Assembly: GCF_009914755.1 (NCBI RefSeq)
Contig: NC_060931.1
DNA: 64,000 nt
Source: the human T2T-CHM13v2.0 reference genome, Homo sapiens
Strand: one strand, 5' to 3'
The position numbers and the translations under genes are program-made. Within the stretch, counting starts at the first letter, position 1. Each line of letters starts with the position of its first letter. The notes beneath the pieces were generated by a model. It was given only the letters and a program-made list of their open reading frames with translations, ran no database searches and was not told where the DNA came from. Positions 13,529 through 27,689 of the stretch are shown piece after piece.

Positions 13529-14699
13529 TAAGCAAAGATTTCTTATTCTTAAACAGAAGAGGAAAGTGCTATAATACAGGAAAAAACTGACAAATCGCTC
13601 TATAACATAAATAAGACTATAAGATTAAGATCATGAAAGGCATTATTAACAGACTGAACAGGTAATCCACAGAATAGAAGAGGATTTTTGCAATATATAT
13701 ATAACTGTTTCAAATCCAAAGTCTATAGCACTGTTTAAAAGCATACTGTTATGAAAATTAAATAAATTAAGGCAAGTTTAGAGTAGGATTTGGCACATAA
13801 TATGCATTCACTCGGTATGTGCTATTATTATTATTACTAATCAGAACAAAAGTCTAGGACCCTCCTGTTTTGAATTTCTGTTATACTGCCAGCCTTTGTG
13901 TGTCAGGTTTTTGGTTTGGAAAACATAATCCTATAGTAATGAGGCACCAGGAAGGCAAATCTGTAGCCTGGAATTCAAAATACAGGATTGATTTAACGAC
14001 AGGATTTGTTTTCCTGATTTAAAAACAAGAAAAATAACATGTTTTCCCAATATTTCAGTAATTTATTATTGCTACCAACCTCTATGTGCTGATAAGGCAT
14101 AAAGTAAGGAGTTATGTTAAAATCTGAATTCAGCTCAAAGAGCAAAGCGTAAGGACCTCATGCCTACTCCTGCATCCTTTCCATTGGCATCACCAACATC
14201 TCCCAGTTCTCTTGGCCCTATAGGACCTCCAAGCCCCACAGAACCCGCCATCCAGGAGGCTCTTCCATGAGGCCTCACTCTCAAGCCAGTCTGAGGCTGA
14301 CTCCTTTCAGAGGCACCAGAGTCTCCCCATACACTTTATATTTGATATATCCTAAGTATCTCTGGAAGGAGGACCTTTAAGTTCTCATATCCACCAAAGG
14401 TCTTCGAGGACTGATTCTCTTACAGTCTTGCAGTCCCCATAAGCCATCTCCTATTATCAGCACCCTCTGCCCCAAGTACTTCCTTAACTCAAATGACTTC
14501 CATTTCTATGTGAAAACTCCTCCAGAATGCTACCTTGTTGAGCTCATGATCACTCTTTCCTCTTCAACTACCCACTCTCATGGCCTTGCCTTAAACATTG
14601 TCATCACCCGATGAGCAACTGTTCCTCTGAAGTAATAAATTTAGGCATCCCACTCTTAAACCACAGGCTCATGTTCTTCCAATTGTCTATTACTCATCC

Positions 14700-15065
14700 A
14701 ACCCAAATTTATATATTAAAGTCCTAAGTCCTAGTACCTCAGAATATGACTATATTTGGAGATAAGACCTTTAAAGAAGTAAATTAAGGTAAAATAAGGT
14801 CACACGGGTAGGTCCTAATCCAATATGATGGGTGTCCTTATAAGAAGAGGAGATTAGGACATAGACGTGTGTGTACGGAGAGACTGTGTGAGGACACAGT
14901 GATAAGACAGCCCTCCCAGCCAAAGAGAGGCACCTTAGAAGAAGGTAAACCTGTTGACCCTTGGTCTTGAATTTCTGGCATCCAGAATTTTCAGAAAATA
15001 AATTTCTGTTGTTTAAACCACCCATTCTGTAGTATTTGTTACAGCAGACTTAGCAAACTAATGCA
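14700..15065 (+). mobile_element. MLT1A/B-type MaLR LTR, inside an L2 fragment (~14420-15600)
   Basis: taatccaatatga..gtccttataagaagagg; 3' end gcaaactaatgca. Confidence 0.8.
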
Positions 15066-15662
15066 ACCACCTTCCATAGTTCCTTCTCTTTCAGTCTGAT
15101 TTGTGTTCCATGATGCATGCACCACTCTTTCTGCTTTCTTGTTCCATCATCCTTCCAGTTTGCTGGCCTGGCAAAATCTCAACCTCACATGAACATAACA
15201 TTTGATCTTGTCTAGGCCTGCATTTAAGCAGCTGAATGTGGTTGGAGAAAATTACAACAGCATGTTAGCTGATGAAACGTTAAAGTCATACGTGAAATCT
15301 CAACCAGGCATGCTACTTCCCTGGTTAGGTTTCTTTCCATATCCATAGACATCCTACCTTTCCTCCTCTTCTCTTGCTCTTGACAAATTATCTTGCCTCC
15401 TTCTCAATGAAAAAGGAGCCATCAGACAACAACTTACTCCACCTCTTACCATCAAATCAACACACGGCTCTGCTCTACACCCATCTTCCACTTTTGCTGT
15501 AGATCATATGCTTTCCCTCTACCTCAGGAACTTCCTTCTTTTGATGATCCCCTCTGTCCCATATCTTCAACCTCTTCCTCTATGCAACTCCTTCTGAGGA
15601 TCATTTAAATATAAGCAAGTCTATTTCAATAAAATCAAATATAAAATCTAACCTTCATTCCA

Positions 15663-18377
15663 TGTAGTACATTGATTGCAAAAAATGGCCCCAATTTTTT
15701 TCTTTTTTAAATAATTTCAACTTTTATTTTTTATTTTTAATTTTCGTGGGGACATAGTAGGTGTATATATTTATGAGGTACATGAGATATTTTGATACAG
15801 GCATACAATGTGTAATAATTACACCAGGGTAAATGAGTTATCCTCAACTTTTATTTTGGATTCAGGGGGTATATGTGCAGGTTTGTTAGATGGGTATGTT
15901 GTGTGATGCCGAGGTTTCACATATGAATGATTCTGTCACTCAGGTAGTGAGCATAGTACCCAATAGGTAGTATCTTACCCCTCGGCCCCTCCCCACCCAT
16001 GCTAGGAGTCCCCAGTGTCTATTGTTCCCATCTTTATGTCCATATGTACCCAATGTTTAGCTCCCATTTCCAAGGAAGAACATGCGGTATTTGGTTTTCT
16101 GTTCCTATATTAATTTGCTTAGGGTGATGGCCTCTAGCTACATCCATGCTTCTGCCAAGGACATGACATGCTTCTGCCAAGGACATGATTTTGTTCTTTT
16201 TATGGCTTCATTGTATTCTGTGGTATAATGTATCACATTTTCTTTATCCAGTCCACTGTAGATGGACACCTAATCGATTCCATGTCTTTGCTATTGTGAA
16301 TAGTGCTGCAATGAACATACGAGTGCATGTGTCTTTTTTATACAGTGATTTATTTACCTTTGGATATATATCTAATAATGGAACTGCTGAGTCAAATGGT
16401 AGTTCTGTTTTAATTCCTTGAGAATGGAATTGCTGAGTCAAATGGTAGTTCTGTTTTAGTTCCTTGAGAAATCACAGTGGTTGAACTGATTTACATTTCC
16501 ACCAGCAGTGTATAAGCATTCCTTTTCTTCATAGCTTCACCAGCATCTGTTGTTTTTTGTCATTTTAATAATAGCTATTCTGACTTGTGTGAGATGGTAT
16601 CTCATTAAAGTTTTGATTTGCATTTCTCTGATGATCAGTGATGTTGAGCATTTTTTCAAATGTTTGTTGACCACATGTATGCCTTCTTTTGAGAAGTGTC
16701 TGTTCATTTCCTTTGCCCATTTTTTAACTTGTTTTTTGCTTTTTAAGTTCCTTATAGATTCTGGATATTAGAACTTTGTTAGATACATAGTTTGCAAGTA
16801 TTTTCTCCCATTCTGTAGGTTTCTGTTTACTCTGTTAATGGTTTATTTTGATGGGCAGAAGCTCTTTAATTAGGTCCCATTGTCAATTTTCATTTTTGTT
16901 GCAATTGCTTTTGAGGACTTAGTCATAAATTCTTTGCCAAGGCCAATGTCCAGAATGGTCTTTCCTCAGTTTTCTTCTAGGATTTTTATAGTTTGAGGTC
17001 TTACATTTAAATCTATCTTGAGTTAATTTTTATATATGGTGAAAGGTAAGGGTCCAGTTTAATTCTTCTGCATATTCTTCAGTTTTATTCTTCTGGCTAG
17101 CACCAGAAGAACTGGCATTATTCAAGCACCATTTATTGAATATGGAGTCCTTTCCCCATGGCTTATTTTTGTTGATTTTGTTGAAGATCAGATGGTTGTA
17201 GGTGTGTGGCTTTATTTCTAGATTCTCTACTCTGTTCCATTGGTCTATGTATCTGTTTTTGTACGAGTACAATGCTATTTAGGTTACTGTAGCCTTATAG
17301 TAGTTTCAAGTCTGGTAATGTGATGCCTCCAGCTTTGCTCTTCTTGCTTAGGATTGCTATGGCTATTCAGGCTCTCTTTTTGTTTGTTTGTTTCATATGA
17401 ATTAGTTTTTTCTAATTATGTGAAAAATGATGTTGGTAGTTTGGCGGCAATCTGTAGATAGCTCTGGGCAGTATGGTCGTTTTAGCAATATTAATTCTTT
17501 TAATCCATTAGCATGGAATATTTTTCCATTTCTTTGTGTCATCTCTGCTTTCTGTCAGCACTGTTTTGTCGTTCTCCTTGTAAAGATCTTTCTGCTCCTT
17601 TGTTAGATGTATTCCTAGGTATTTTATTCTTTGTAGCTATTGTAAATAGGATTGTGTTCTTGATTTGGCTCTCAGCTTGAATATTATTGGTGTATAGAAC
17701 CGCTACTGATTTTTACACATTTATTTTGTATCCTGAAACTTTACTGAAGATGTTTATCAGGTCTAAGAGCCTTTTGGTGGAGTCTTTAGGGGTTTCTAGG
17801 TATCATATCTCAGTGAAGAAAGATAATTTGACCTCTTCTTTTCTTATTTGGATGCCTTTTACTTCCTTCTCTTGCCTGACTGCTCTAGCTAGGACTTTCC
17901 TTATTCTTTACATCTACTTATGTGCTTTACAGTGAGACTGTGTAGTTTCTCCTACCAAGAGGTCAATCCCCTTCTCTTTAAGCTGAATTTTGGCTGACTT
18001 TGTGACTTGCTTTGGCCAGCAGGCTGTGACAGGGTGATATGCCAATTCATGATGAGGCCTCAAGAGATACTGCAGACTTCTGCTCTTTCTTAGAACCCTG
18101 CCATTGCCTTGTGAACTAGCATGCTGGATTATGAGAGAAACATGGCCCAGTTACCTGAAACACCCAAGCCAATAAAAAAATCAACTTCCAAAACTCTGAG
18201 TAGGCTCATCCTAGATTAGCCAGTTCTAAGCCGACTCCAAATGCACGAGTGAGCACAGCCAGGCTCAGACTGACAGAAACAACCAACTCATTCGTAGATA
18301 TTTGAGTGATAATAAATGCTGATTGTTTTAAACCACTGAGTTTTGAAGCCATTTGTTATACAGCAATAGCTGATACA
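15663..18377 (+). mobile_element. MLT1F/G-like LTR split by L1 insertions
   Basis: 5' tgtagtacattgattgcaaaaaatggcccc; resumes at ~17900 and ends gcaatagctgataca. Confidence 0.7.
15695..17900 (-). mobile_element. L1MA 3' stub plus ~2 kb L1PA15/16-like 3' element
   Basis: L1 3'UTR; ORF2 peptides ([23 protein letters not shown]). Confidence 0.9.
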
Positions 18378-19151
18378 CCCCATGTCTACTTTCATCGAAT
18401 CCAATCTTTTGCCTCTTAATTCCCAGCTAAATTAATTGAAATAACATACTACTCTTGGTCTCTTCACTTCTTTACTTCCTATTCACTCCCTTAAGTATCC
18501 TAGTCTTGCACCAGCCCTAACACTCCTCTAAGACTGTTTTTGCTAAGGTCTCTGTATCTGTCCTGTTGTTCAATTAAGTAGACACTTTTGATATAAACCT
18601 TACCAAACCTTTTAGTAGCATTATCAAAATTGACTCTCCTGTTTTGGCTTTCGTGCTGAGGCAGAATACTGTTCTGACTCTCAAGTCACTCCCTCTGGGG
18701 ATCCTCGGCAGACTTCTCTTTGATTTTCAATGCTCTGCCATTACTTTACTGTTAATTGGGAAATGTGTCCTAGAGTTCTTCTCTTTCCACTTTACACACC
18801 TTTCCTGGGAGATCTCATTCATTCATTTTCTTGCATAAAACTTCTCTTTTACAATCTGATTACTATTAAAAAAGAAAAAAGGCACATTATTTAATGACCA
18901 CATGAGAATCACCATGCTGTGTTGTCCACCAAATTTGACTACTTCATAGGTGGTTAAGAAATAGTACATACTGGACGAGAACATGTAAGAAAATTAAATA
19001 AATTCTTCTGGGCTTGATAAAATTAGGTAGACTTTTAGGTCATACAAATTGTTTCTACATGATGATCAGGACTAGAAATAACATTTGTTTATTTCATGAA
19101 AGTCTGAATGTAGTTAAGAGAAATAACTTGAAAATCCTGCACAAATGTTGA

Positions 19152-19404
<253 letters not shown>

Positions 19405-20389
19405 ATTATTATTTTTTGGTAATACAAGTTTTAAAAATTATCCATCCCAATATTTTTGAAAACCATATCAAGAAAACTCCTGTTTGAACTTTCCAGTGTT
19501 CCTGGTGAAGTCAATTGTGCTAGAGTACATAGGAAAACCTGCTAACCTGGCCCAGGTCAGGAGTGTGCTCTCATCTGAATGAAATTCTTGGGACTACTTA
19601 ACATTGTTATTATTGATGTCTAAACTTTCCAGCTCACTGTGTCAAGATTTTCTTGATCCTTTCCCATACATGACAGCCTCTTCAGTGAGCTCCTTGGCTT
19701 TCCTGAAAATGTAACCTCTTAGCAGGGAATGATGCGGCCGTAGGCAATTAGCTCAATGACTCCTCACTGGCTGCCTTATTAATGATTTGCACTTAGACCA
19801 AGCACTTTGTACTAGGAATTGCCATTTCCCATCTTTTTTTTTCCCCCTAAGCAAGATCTTGATTCATCTCTAATCTGTGTTTTTTATACTTATACCTGCA
19901 TTACTGCCGGGGTACTTTCGGGCTCACCTTGACATACAGACGACATATCCTTTCTCTGAGGCCATCTATAATCATTTGCAAACTCTGGGGAAAAGAAAAA
20001 AATGTACATTTGCACATCAACTGGGCATAACCTCTTACCTTGGTAAATATACCTTTATAATGACTAGGAAGACCTGGTTTGAATTTAGAATTCTTAGACT
20101 CTTCAGAGTTCCATCCAAATGCAGCCACATGGGGAGAGATGACCCCAGCTCCAGGCTAAGGTCCAAGCCCTTCTCTTTTCTACCACATTCTGTACTTACC
20201 CATACAGAGCCATGTGCATGCATAGGTAGACAGTCATCACCTCTGTGTGCTGTCCACAATCCTTGCAACACTGCCATTTGGCCACTTAAGGCCAGAACAG
20301 GCTCTGGAAACAAGCTTCAGACCATTTCAACAGAAATTATACGACTCCAGACACCCAGTGTATGATGTAGAAGGAGGATATAATTATTT

Positions 20390-23300
20390 GTGCCCGATCT
20401 CTTTTTTTCCTCTGCTCAGCATCACCAGAGATGTGTCAATTTTATTAGTCTTTTCAAAGAGTCAACTTCACTGATCATATCTATTCATGTTTTCTATTTC
20501 ATTGAATTATGTTATTTTCAATTTACTTTTTAGAATTATTTTTGCTGATGCTTTTATCATCTCATTATTTTCTTTTTTAAAATTTATTTCCCTTTTTAAA
20601 TTTTTTAGAGACAAGGTCTTGCTCTGTTGCCCAGGCTGGAGTGCGTTGGCATGATCATGGCTCACTGCAGCCTCAGCCTCGAACTTCTAGGCTCAAGTGA
20701 TCCTCCCATCTTAGCCTCCGGAGTAGCCAGGACTACAGGTGTGTGCCACCACACCTGACTTCTTATTAATTTTCAGCCTTTTTTGCTATTATACAGTTTT
20801 ACCACTTAAACTATCCTTTTAAGCACTCCTTCAATTATCTCTCTCTAGGTATGTAGTATTGATTTTCTAATTTGTATTTGAATTTTTAATGACTCATGAA
20901 TATTTTAGAAATGTGTTTCTTCATTTATATATGAGGATATTTTAGTGAACTTTTTGTTGATTTCTAGTTTAACTACATTGTTGTCAGAGAAAATGCTTTG
21001 CCTTTGAAATTTGTTGAACTTGCTTTTTATGGACCAGTATATGGTCCATAAATATTTACATTTTGTAAATATTTCATTTATACATGAAGAGAATATATAT
21101 TCTGCAGCTGTTAGGCACAGTGTTCAATATACTTCCATTTCATCAAATTACTTAATCATGTTATCCAAATATTCTATTGCCTTAAAGATTTGTGTGTGTT
21201 ATTCTTTCAGTTACAAAGACAGAAATCTCCCACTGTGATTTTGGCTCCGCCTATTTCTCCTTATAGTTCAGTCCCTTTCACTTCATATCTTTTGAGGTTA
21301 TGTTATTAGATACATACAAGTTTAAATTATTATATCTTCTTGGTGAATCAAGACTTTTATCATTATGAAGTGAAATCTCTATCTCCAATAATGCTCTTTT
21401 GCCTTCGTATCACTTTGTCTGACTTTAATATAACTACACCAACATTCATTTGGTTAGTATTAGCATGTTGTATTTTGTCCATATTTTTATTTTTACTCTT
21501 CCTGTTTGCCTGTTTTAGATTTGTCTCTGGTAAAAGAATGTATAGTTAGATATTTTTATCCAATCTATTACTCTTTGCCTCTTAATTGCAATGCTTGGTC
21601 TGAATACATTTAATATAATTATGAATACGTTTTGGTTTAAATCCAACATTTTGTGTTGGGCTTTTTATTTATCTGATAGGACTAACATTTTGTTTTGCTT
21701 ACTTTCTTTTTTTAGATTAATTACTTTTATCTTTTTCCTTTCTTTTTCCATCTACTAGATTTGAAGCTATGTACTCTGTTTCTATTCTTGTATTGCTTTT
21801 CCTAGAAATTCCACATGCATATTTCACATATCAAAGTCTAAAGTTAACCAACATCTTCATCTTCAGACCAGAACATTAGAATATCTTACCTCCTTTTACT
21901 CACTTTGGATTTATACATTACCATTGTTTTGCATTTTAATTCTTTTTAAAACATCATATTATGATTATTAATATTATTTGGGCAATGTTCATTTATTTTT
22001 ACATACATATTTATCAATTTGTTTGTCCCTTAATTTTTCAGGTTTTCCACTGGGAATCATTTTCCTTCTGCCTAAAGAATCCTTTTTTTTATATAACTTA
22101 TTTAGAGTTTTCTAGAGTTGACCTCACTCTTTTTCATCAGTAAATGCCTATTTCACCCTCATACCAGGAAATACAATTCTAGGTGGGCAATTACTTTCTT
22201 CCAAAACATGAAAGATACTCCTTCACTGTCCTTTAGTTTCCACTGATTTTATTAAGAAGCCAGTTGTACATCTAACCGCTCCTTCTTAGAGGTAATCTCT
22301 GTCTGATTTTAAAATTTGGTCTCGTCTTTAGTATTCTGTAGTTTCATATTATATATATATATAAGTGTAGATTTTTCAAATTTATCCTACTTAAGATTCA
22401 CTGGGATTCTTGAACTTTTAAATTGATATCTTTTATCAGTTCTGAAAAATTTCACATGGTATCACCTTTTTAAAATTGTCTATGCCTCATGCCCCCTTTT
22501 TTCCTTCTCAATCTAAAATTCCAATTAATCTCAGACTGCTCACTCTAACTTCCATGTCTCTTAACTTTTCCTTTATATTTTTAATCTCTTCATCTTTTTC
22601 CTTGCTGCGTGCTAGACAAGGTCTTCTGAATGATTTTCCAGTTTTCTCTCTTCCACTGCACATAATCGGCTGTTAATTTATGTGTTACTTATTTTAAAAT
22701 CAATTTCATGGGGTATAATGTACACATAAAAAAATGCACTCACTTCAAGTACGTAGTTTATATAAGTTTTGGCAAATAAAGATGCAGAATATTATAATAT
22801 ATGTGAGTACGTCCATTCCAGCTTTGTTATGCTTATTCTTTGCCTTGTATATTTTTCTCATCTTTTTACTCTGAACATATTTCTCTTTCTATATTTAAAG
22901 TGCATTTATGGGCCAACTGCTGTGATTCATGCCTATAATCCCAGCATTTTGGGAAGCCAAGGAGAGAGTATAGTTTGAGGCCAGGAGTTTGAGACTAGCC
23001 TGAGCAACATAGTGAGACTTGATCTCTACAAAAAAATCAAAAATTAGTTGGACATGGTGGTACATGCCTGTAGTCTCAGTTACTCGGGAGGCTGAGGTGG
23101 GAGGATTGCTTGAGCCCTGGAGTTTGGAGGCTGCAATGTGCTATATTGTACTACTGCCTCCAGCTGGGTGACAGAGTGAGACCCTATCTTAAAATAAAAA
23201 TAAAAAAAAAATAAAGGTGCAGGTGCATTTCTTAATTTCTTACATTCATGTTTCTTACATTACATATAGTTTAGTCTTGCCTTTTAAAATCCAGCCTGAC

Positions 23301-25520
23301 ATTCTCTGTCTTATGATTATTTAGTCTACTTGTATTTAATGTAGTTATCTATAAGTTTGAATGTATGATTGTCCTTTTACTATTTATGTTCTTATTATTC
23401 TCATTTTGTAGAGACAGGGTCTGGATTGTAAGTGGGAGCCACTGCACCTGGCCTATTGTCTCATTATTTGTCTTGTCTGGTTTTTGTTCATTTTTTTTCT
23501 TCTTTTCCTGCCTCCTTTTGTATTAATGAAGTAATTTTTAGTGTGCCAGGGTAATCCTCTAATGGCTTTTTAGTTATATTTCTTTGTATTATTTTTTAAT
23601 AGTTGGTCTAGTGATTATAATATGCATTTTTAGTTTATCTCAACCTACTTATAGTTAAGATTGAATTACTTCAGATAAAAAACAGAAAATTTGCAACAAT
23701 ATAGTTTCATTTACCTCCATCCACTTTCTTTGTGCTATTTTGTCATATATCTATATAGATTTAAATTCCAAAATTACAGAGAAATAATTTTTGTATTGTT
23801 TCACATCATCTGTCTTTTAAATGCATTAAGAAAAGTAAGAGAATTTTTTTCTAAAATGTGAGAAATTAGCATCTAGTGGGTAGAAGCTAGGGATGAGGCT
23901 AAACATCCTATAATACACAAGACATTCCCCCCAGCAACAAAGAATTACGCAACCAAAATGTCAACTGCAACAAGGCTAAGAAACCCTGCATTAAACTGCT
24001 GCAATCTGCTGGAAGGCTGAACGCTTTTTTCTGACAAACCTGTCAATACATCATTTAGATGCTCCTTTTCATTTTTAGTCAGATATAATCAGATTAGGCA
24101 AAATTGAGTTATTACAGCGCAAGATCAAATTGCAGGTGCACAACCAAAAGAAAATGGACAGGAGAAATGAGTTTGGCCAAGAAATACACATACACACACA
24201 CACACACCCCTTTCGCCTGAAGAGGTGTCTGTGTGTTGGCGGGGGTGGGGGGCGTTCTCTTTTGTGTGATATACTTGCTGAATTTGCAAAAGCAGCACCA
24301 TATTATGTTATTTTATTAACAACCCCTTAATAAAGTAACTAGAAACAGCAAAATAAAATAAAATGTGAGAAATCAGAAAATGGAAAAGCTCTACCTATTA
24401 AAAGTTACATGATGTTGTTTGTATTGAGAGAAAAATAAAAGTTTCTCATGATGGAAGCAGAAACTTTAAAAAAAAAGCATACAGAATATAATGGAAACCT
24501 ATTCAAGGCTTTTAATATGTTCATTATTATCTTGTGTTTGGTGGCTCAGGAAATCAAATTATAAAATCCAAGATCCTGTACTACTTGTATATTATTTTTA
24601 CCTACATAGTTACCATTTCTGGTGTTCTTCGTTCCTTCCAGTAGATCCAAATTACCATCTGGTATAATTTTCCTTTAGGTAAAAAACTTCCTATACCATT
24701 TTTTATAGTACCTATCTACTGGAAAATAATTATCTTCAGTTTTTGTTTTTTTGTGTCTTTTTTTAAAATCTTCATTTTAAAAGAACAGTTTCACTGGTAT
24801 CAAATTCCATCTTGACAGGTATTTGTCATTCAGCATTTTGAAAATGTGAAAATGTCTTCCAGTCTCCATTGTTTTTTTACAAGAAGTCAGTTGATAATCA
24901 CATTTGTTGGTCCCCTGGATGTAATGTGTCATTTTTCTTTTTGTTGCTTCTCAGATTTTCTGTTCATTCTTGGCTTTTAGCAGCTTGACAATGATGTGGC
25001 TATGTATGTTTTGGTGTTTTGGTTTTTGTTTATTTAGCATATTCACCCTGCTTGAGATTCTTAGCTCCTTGGTTGACTTAATGTTTTTCATCTAATTTGA
25101 GATTATCTCTCTGTTTTCACATATAGACTATTTTTCATCATCCACAAGCTCCTTGATGTCCCTTTGCAGTCATTATTTTTTTGGTAGAAGGGTACCCTAT
25201 TAAACTCCTCATTTCATGTGATCCTGAGCTTTAAATTTTGCCTTTTTTATATTCAGAAGCTACTAAAACTAAAGTTTAAGACATTCTGAAATAACAAGTA
25301 TTTGGTGGCAAAATCAGCTCTAGTGTTCTACTATTTGCTCTAATTTCCCATTTTCCCTTAGATTTTAGCCTTGGAACCCCTTAATATCTCATTAGCTAGT
25401 TTTAATCATTTTTTTTTTAAGATTTCAGAGATCTTTTAAGAAATGTATTCAACTTTCTTCAAGAAATTAGTTGTTTTCAGCATAAGGATTTGCCCAAATA
25501 AAGTAGTCCTGCATATCGCT
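20390..25520 (-). mobile_element. Cluster of old L1M fragments containing a FRAM/Alu arm (~20575-20760, -) and an AluJ (~22911-23215, +)
   Basis: Degenerate antisense L1 ORF2/3' motifs; Alu consensus. Confidence 0.65.
23865..23989 (+). mobile_element. MER20 3' half (hAT)
   Basis: catctagtgggtagaagctaggga..ctaaacatcct...aagaaaccctg. Confidence 0.75.
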
Positions 25521-27689
25521 AGGAATAGAAGTCTCTAATTTTAAACAGATTCAAAATGTGTGTATTAATAAGAATCTATATTTACTAAAGTACTCATTCT
25601 AAACATTCTCTCTAAAATGAAGATAATCTAGAGAATTAGAAAAGCCCTCCCTCTTAAAGGCAATACAATGTTGTTTGAATTAGAATGAAAATAAAGATTT
25701 CTCCCATTGTGGAAGTAGCAACTAAAGAAAACATACAGAAAATACCAGAAAATGACTCAAGCCCTTTAATATGTTCATGTCTATTTTATATTATAGTTGA
25801 TGGTTCAGGAAATCAAATGATACCATTGAATTTCCTATAGTCATTGATCTGAGAGATCTTTTTCAAAATAAAATAATGAAAAATTCATTCATTTTGGAAA
25901 CTCATTTAAGCTCAAGGTAAAACAAAAATAAGCTGAAGGAGGGGCAGTATTTGTACTAGGAAAAGGGCTTAAGAAAGATATTCATTAATTTGAACTAAGT
26001 TCTGGGAAAAGGAAGATAGCAAATATATCACGAGAAAAACTTTCCAAATTGTTATGCCAACATTCCACTTAAAAATTATTTGCCAGAGCCTTTTGATACT
26101 GGAAGGATAAGTATTATCTATAGGGTCAAGTTTCAAAGCTTTATTATCTTAAGATATTTAAAATTATTTTTCTTTATCAAACCAGATAAATCAATTGCAA
26201 CATTATTTTAGCAGACATGAATTAAGAAACCTGACTTTCATTTCTTAATACCAGAAGGCTTTTTTCCATGGAGTGATGGATCTTGATTCAGATGAATTAT
26301 AATGTCCACACTAGCAAAAAAAACAATGTATATGAGCTTTCAATTAGTATTTGGCCATACCAGGCAGTGTAAGGAAATGACTGATCTCCTTCTTGTCCCT
26401 GGTGCATGAGCCCTGACTTAAAATACCTGTTACAGCCTCCTTTGAATGACACAGCTCCCTTTGTCATTAAGCAAATCAATTCTTTCCCAGTGGGTGGGTT
26501 AATATAATTGCAAGCCTCTAAATACCCAGAACATAGCTCTTTCTTCTTATGTCTATTCTAAGAAAAATGGCTGTTCATATTTTATTGCTATATTTCTAAA
26601 AATGTTCTCAGTCTCTAAGTGGCTCCAAGAAAGGGGAATACTGCAGTGTCCAACCTAAGCAGTTCCTCTCTCTTCTGGCTACCTCCTTTTTGCACCAGCA
26701 TTTCAGTCATTTCTCTCAGCCCAACTTCACTGCCCCAGGTTGCAGTTAGTTAACATCTTATTTGTGCTGTTAGTAAATACCACTGGAGCAAAACCATTTG
26801 GGAGTCAAACAAAAGGGAGCCATTTCTGGGGCAAAGATGAGGAAGACTTTATCAAAGATATTTTAACTAAATCTTATATAGTCTGTAGGAGACTGCCATG
26901 TGGAGAAGAGACAGAGGAAACAGCAGGTACAAAGACACAAAGGCAAAAATACCAAAAACAAGCCCAACCTAATATGTTTGGGATTATTAAGCGAAGGCTG
27001 GAGCTGAAACATAAGGTGTGGAGGGGATGCTGAAACAGGATGAAGGCTGGATTGTGAAAGGCATTATCAGCCCTGGTAAGGAAGTTGAGCCTCCTCATGT
27101 AGGCAATGGGGGAGGGGGGTAATATTTTAATCTGATACGTATCTTAGGAAGAATATTTCTAATGATTCTATGAGGCATTAATTGGCATGGCAACTAATAA
27201 AACTAAGGAGAACATTTAAAAATAGCAGAAGTCAACATATAGAGGAGGAAATAGATTTGAGAGATTTCTGAGGTCTAATTGACAGGACTCAGTGAGTTAT
27301 AGAAAGGGGGAGGATGATAACAGCTGAAGGTAAGCTTGGGAAATTGGATACATTTTGATGCCGTTAACTAAGACGAGGACAATGAGAGTAAAGTTGGAGT
27401 TCAGAAGGACTTGCAAGTATCATTGGAGCGATTCTAGCTGCTCTATGAGTTACGTAGTGTAAGGGGGAGGTGAAGAGCTCCATCCGTCTCTCAAAACTCC
27501 AGCTTCTCCCCTTAAGATTAGGAGATGCTAATATGATAATCAGATTCAGGTCACCAAAGGAGACACATTTACCCCTAGGTAGGGGCAGTGTCAATTAAAA
27601 TGCCAAGCTCATAAGAGATCTCCAGTCTCTGGTGAGTTCTAGCACACTCTCACTCGCTCACTCTCCCTCTCCCTCTCCTCCTACAAGAT

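Larger units (their letters stand above)
11850..13700 (+). mobile_element. Old L1M ORF2 fragment, split by two younger L1 insertions
   Basis: cttcaataaatgg...acaccatac..aaatggattgaagatttaaat; resumes after 13543. Confidence 0.7.

Noticed and set aside
12047-17935. ORFs resembling reverse transcriptase/ORF2 C-terminus
   Set aside because: Broken fragments of truncated L1s; no intact element
19985-20038. Strong donor AG|gtaaga paired with the exon B acceptor
   Set aside because: The intron would be 54 nt, below the usual human minimum
19877-20365. 162-aa plus-strand ORF, the longest non-COL28A1 ORF
   Set aside because: GTG start and no recognisable domain; the splice signals in this region point to the minus strand
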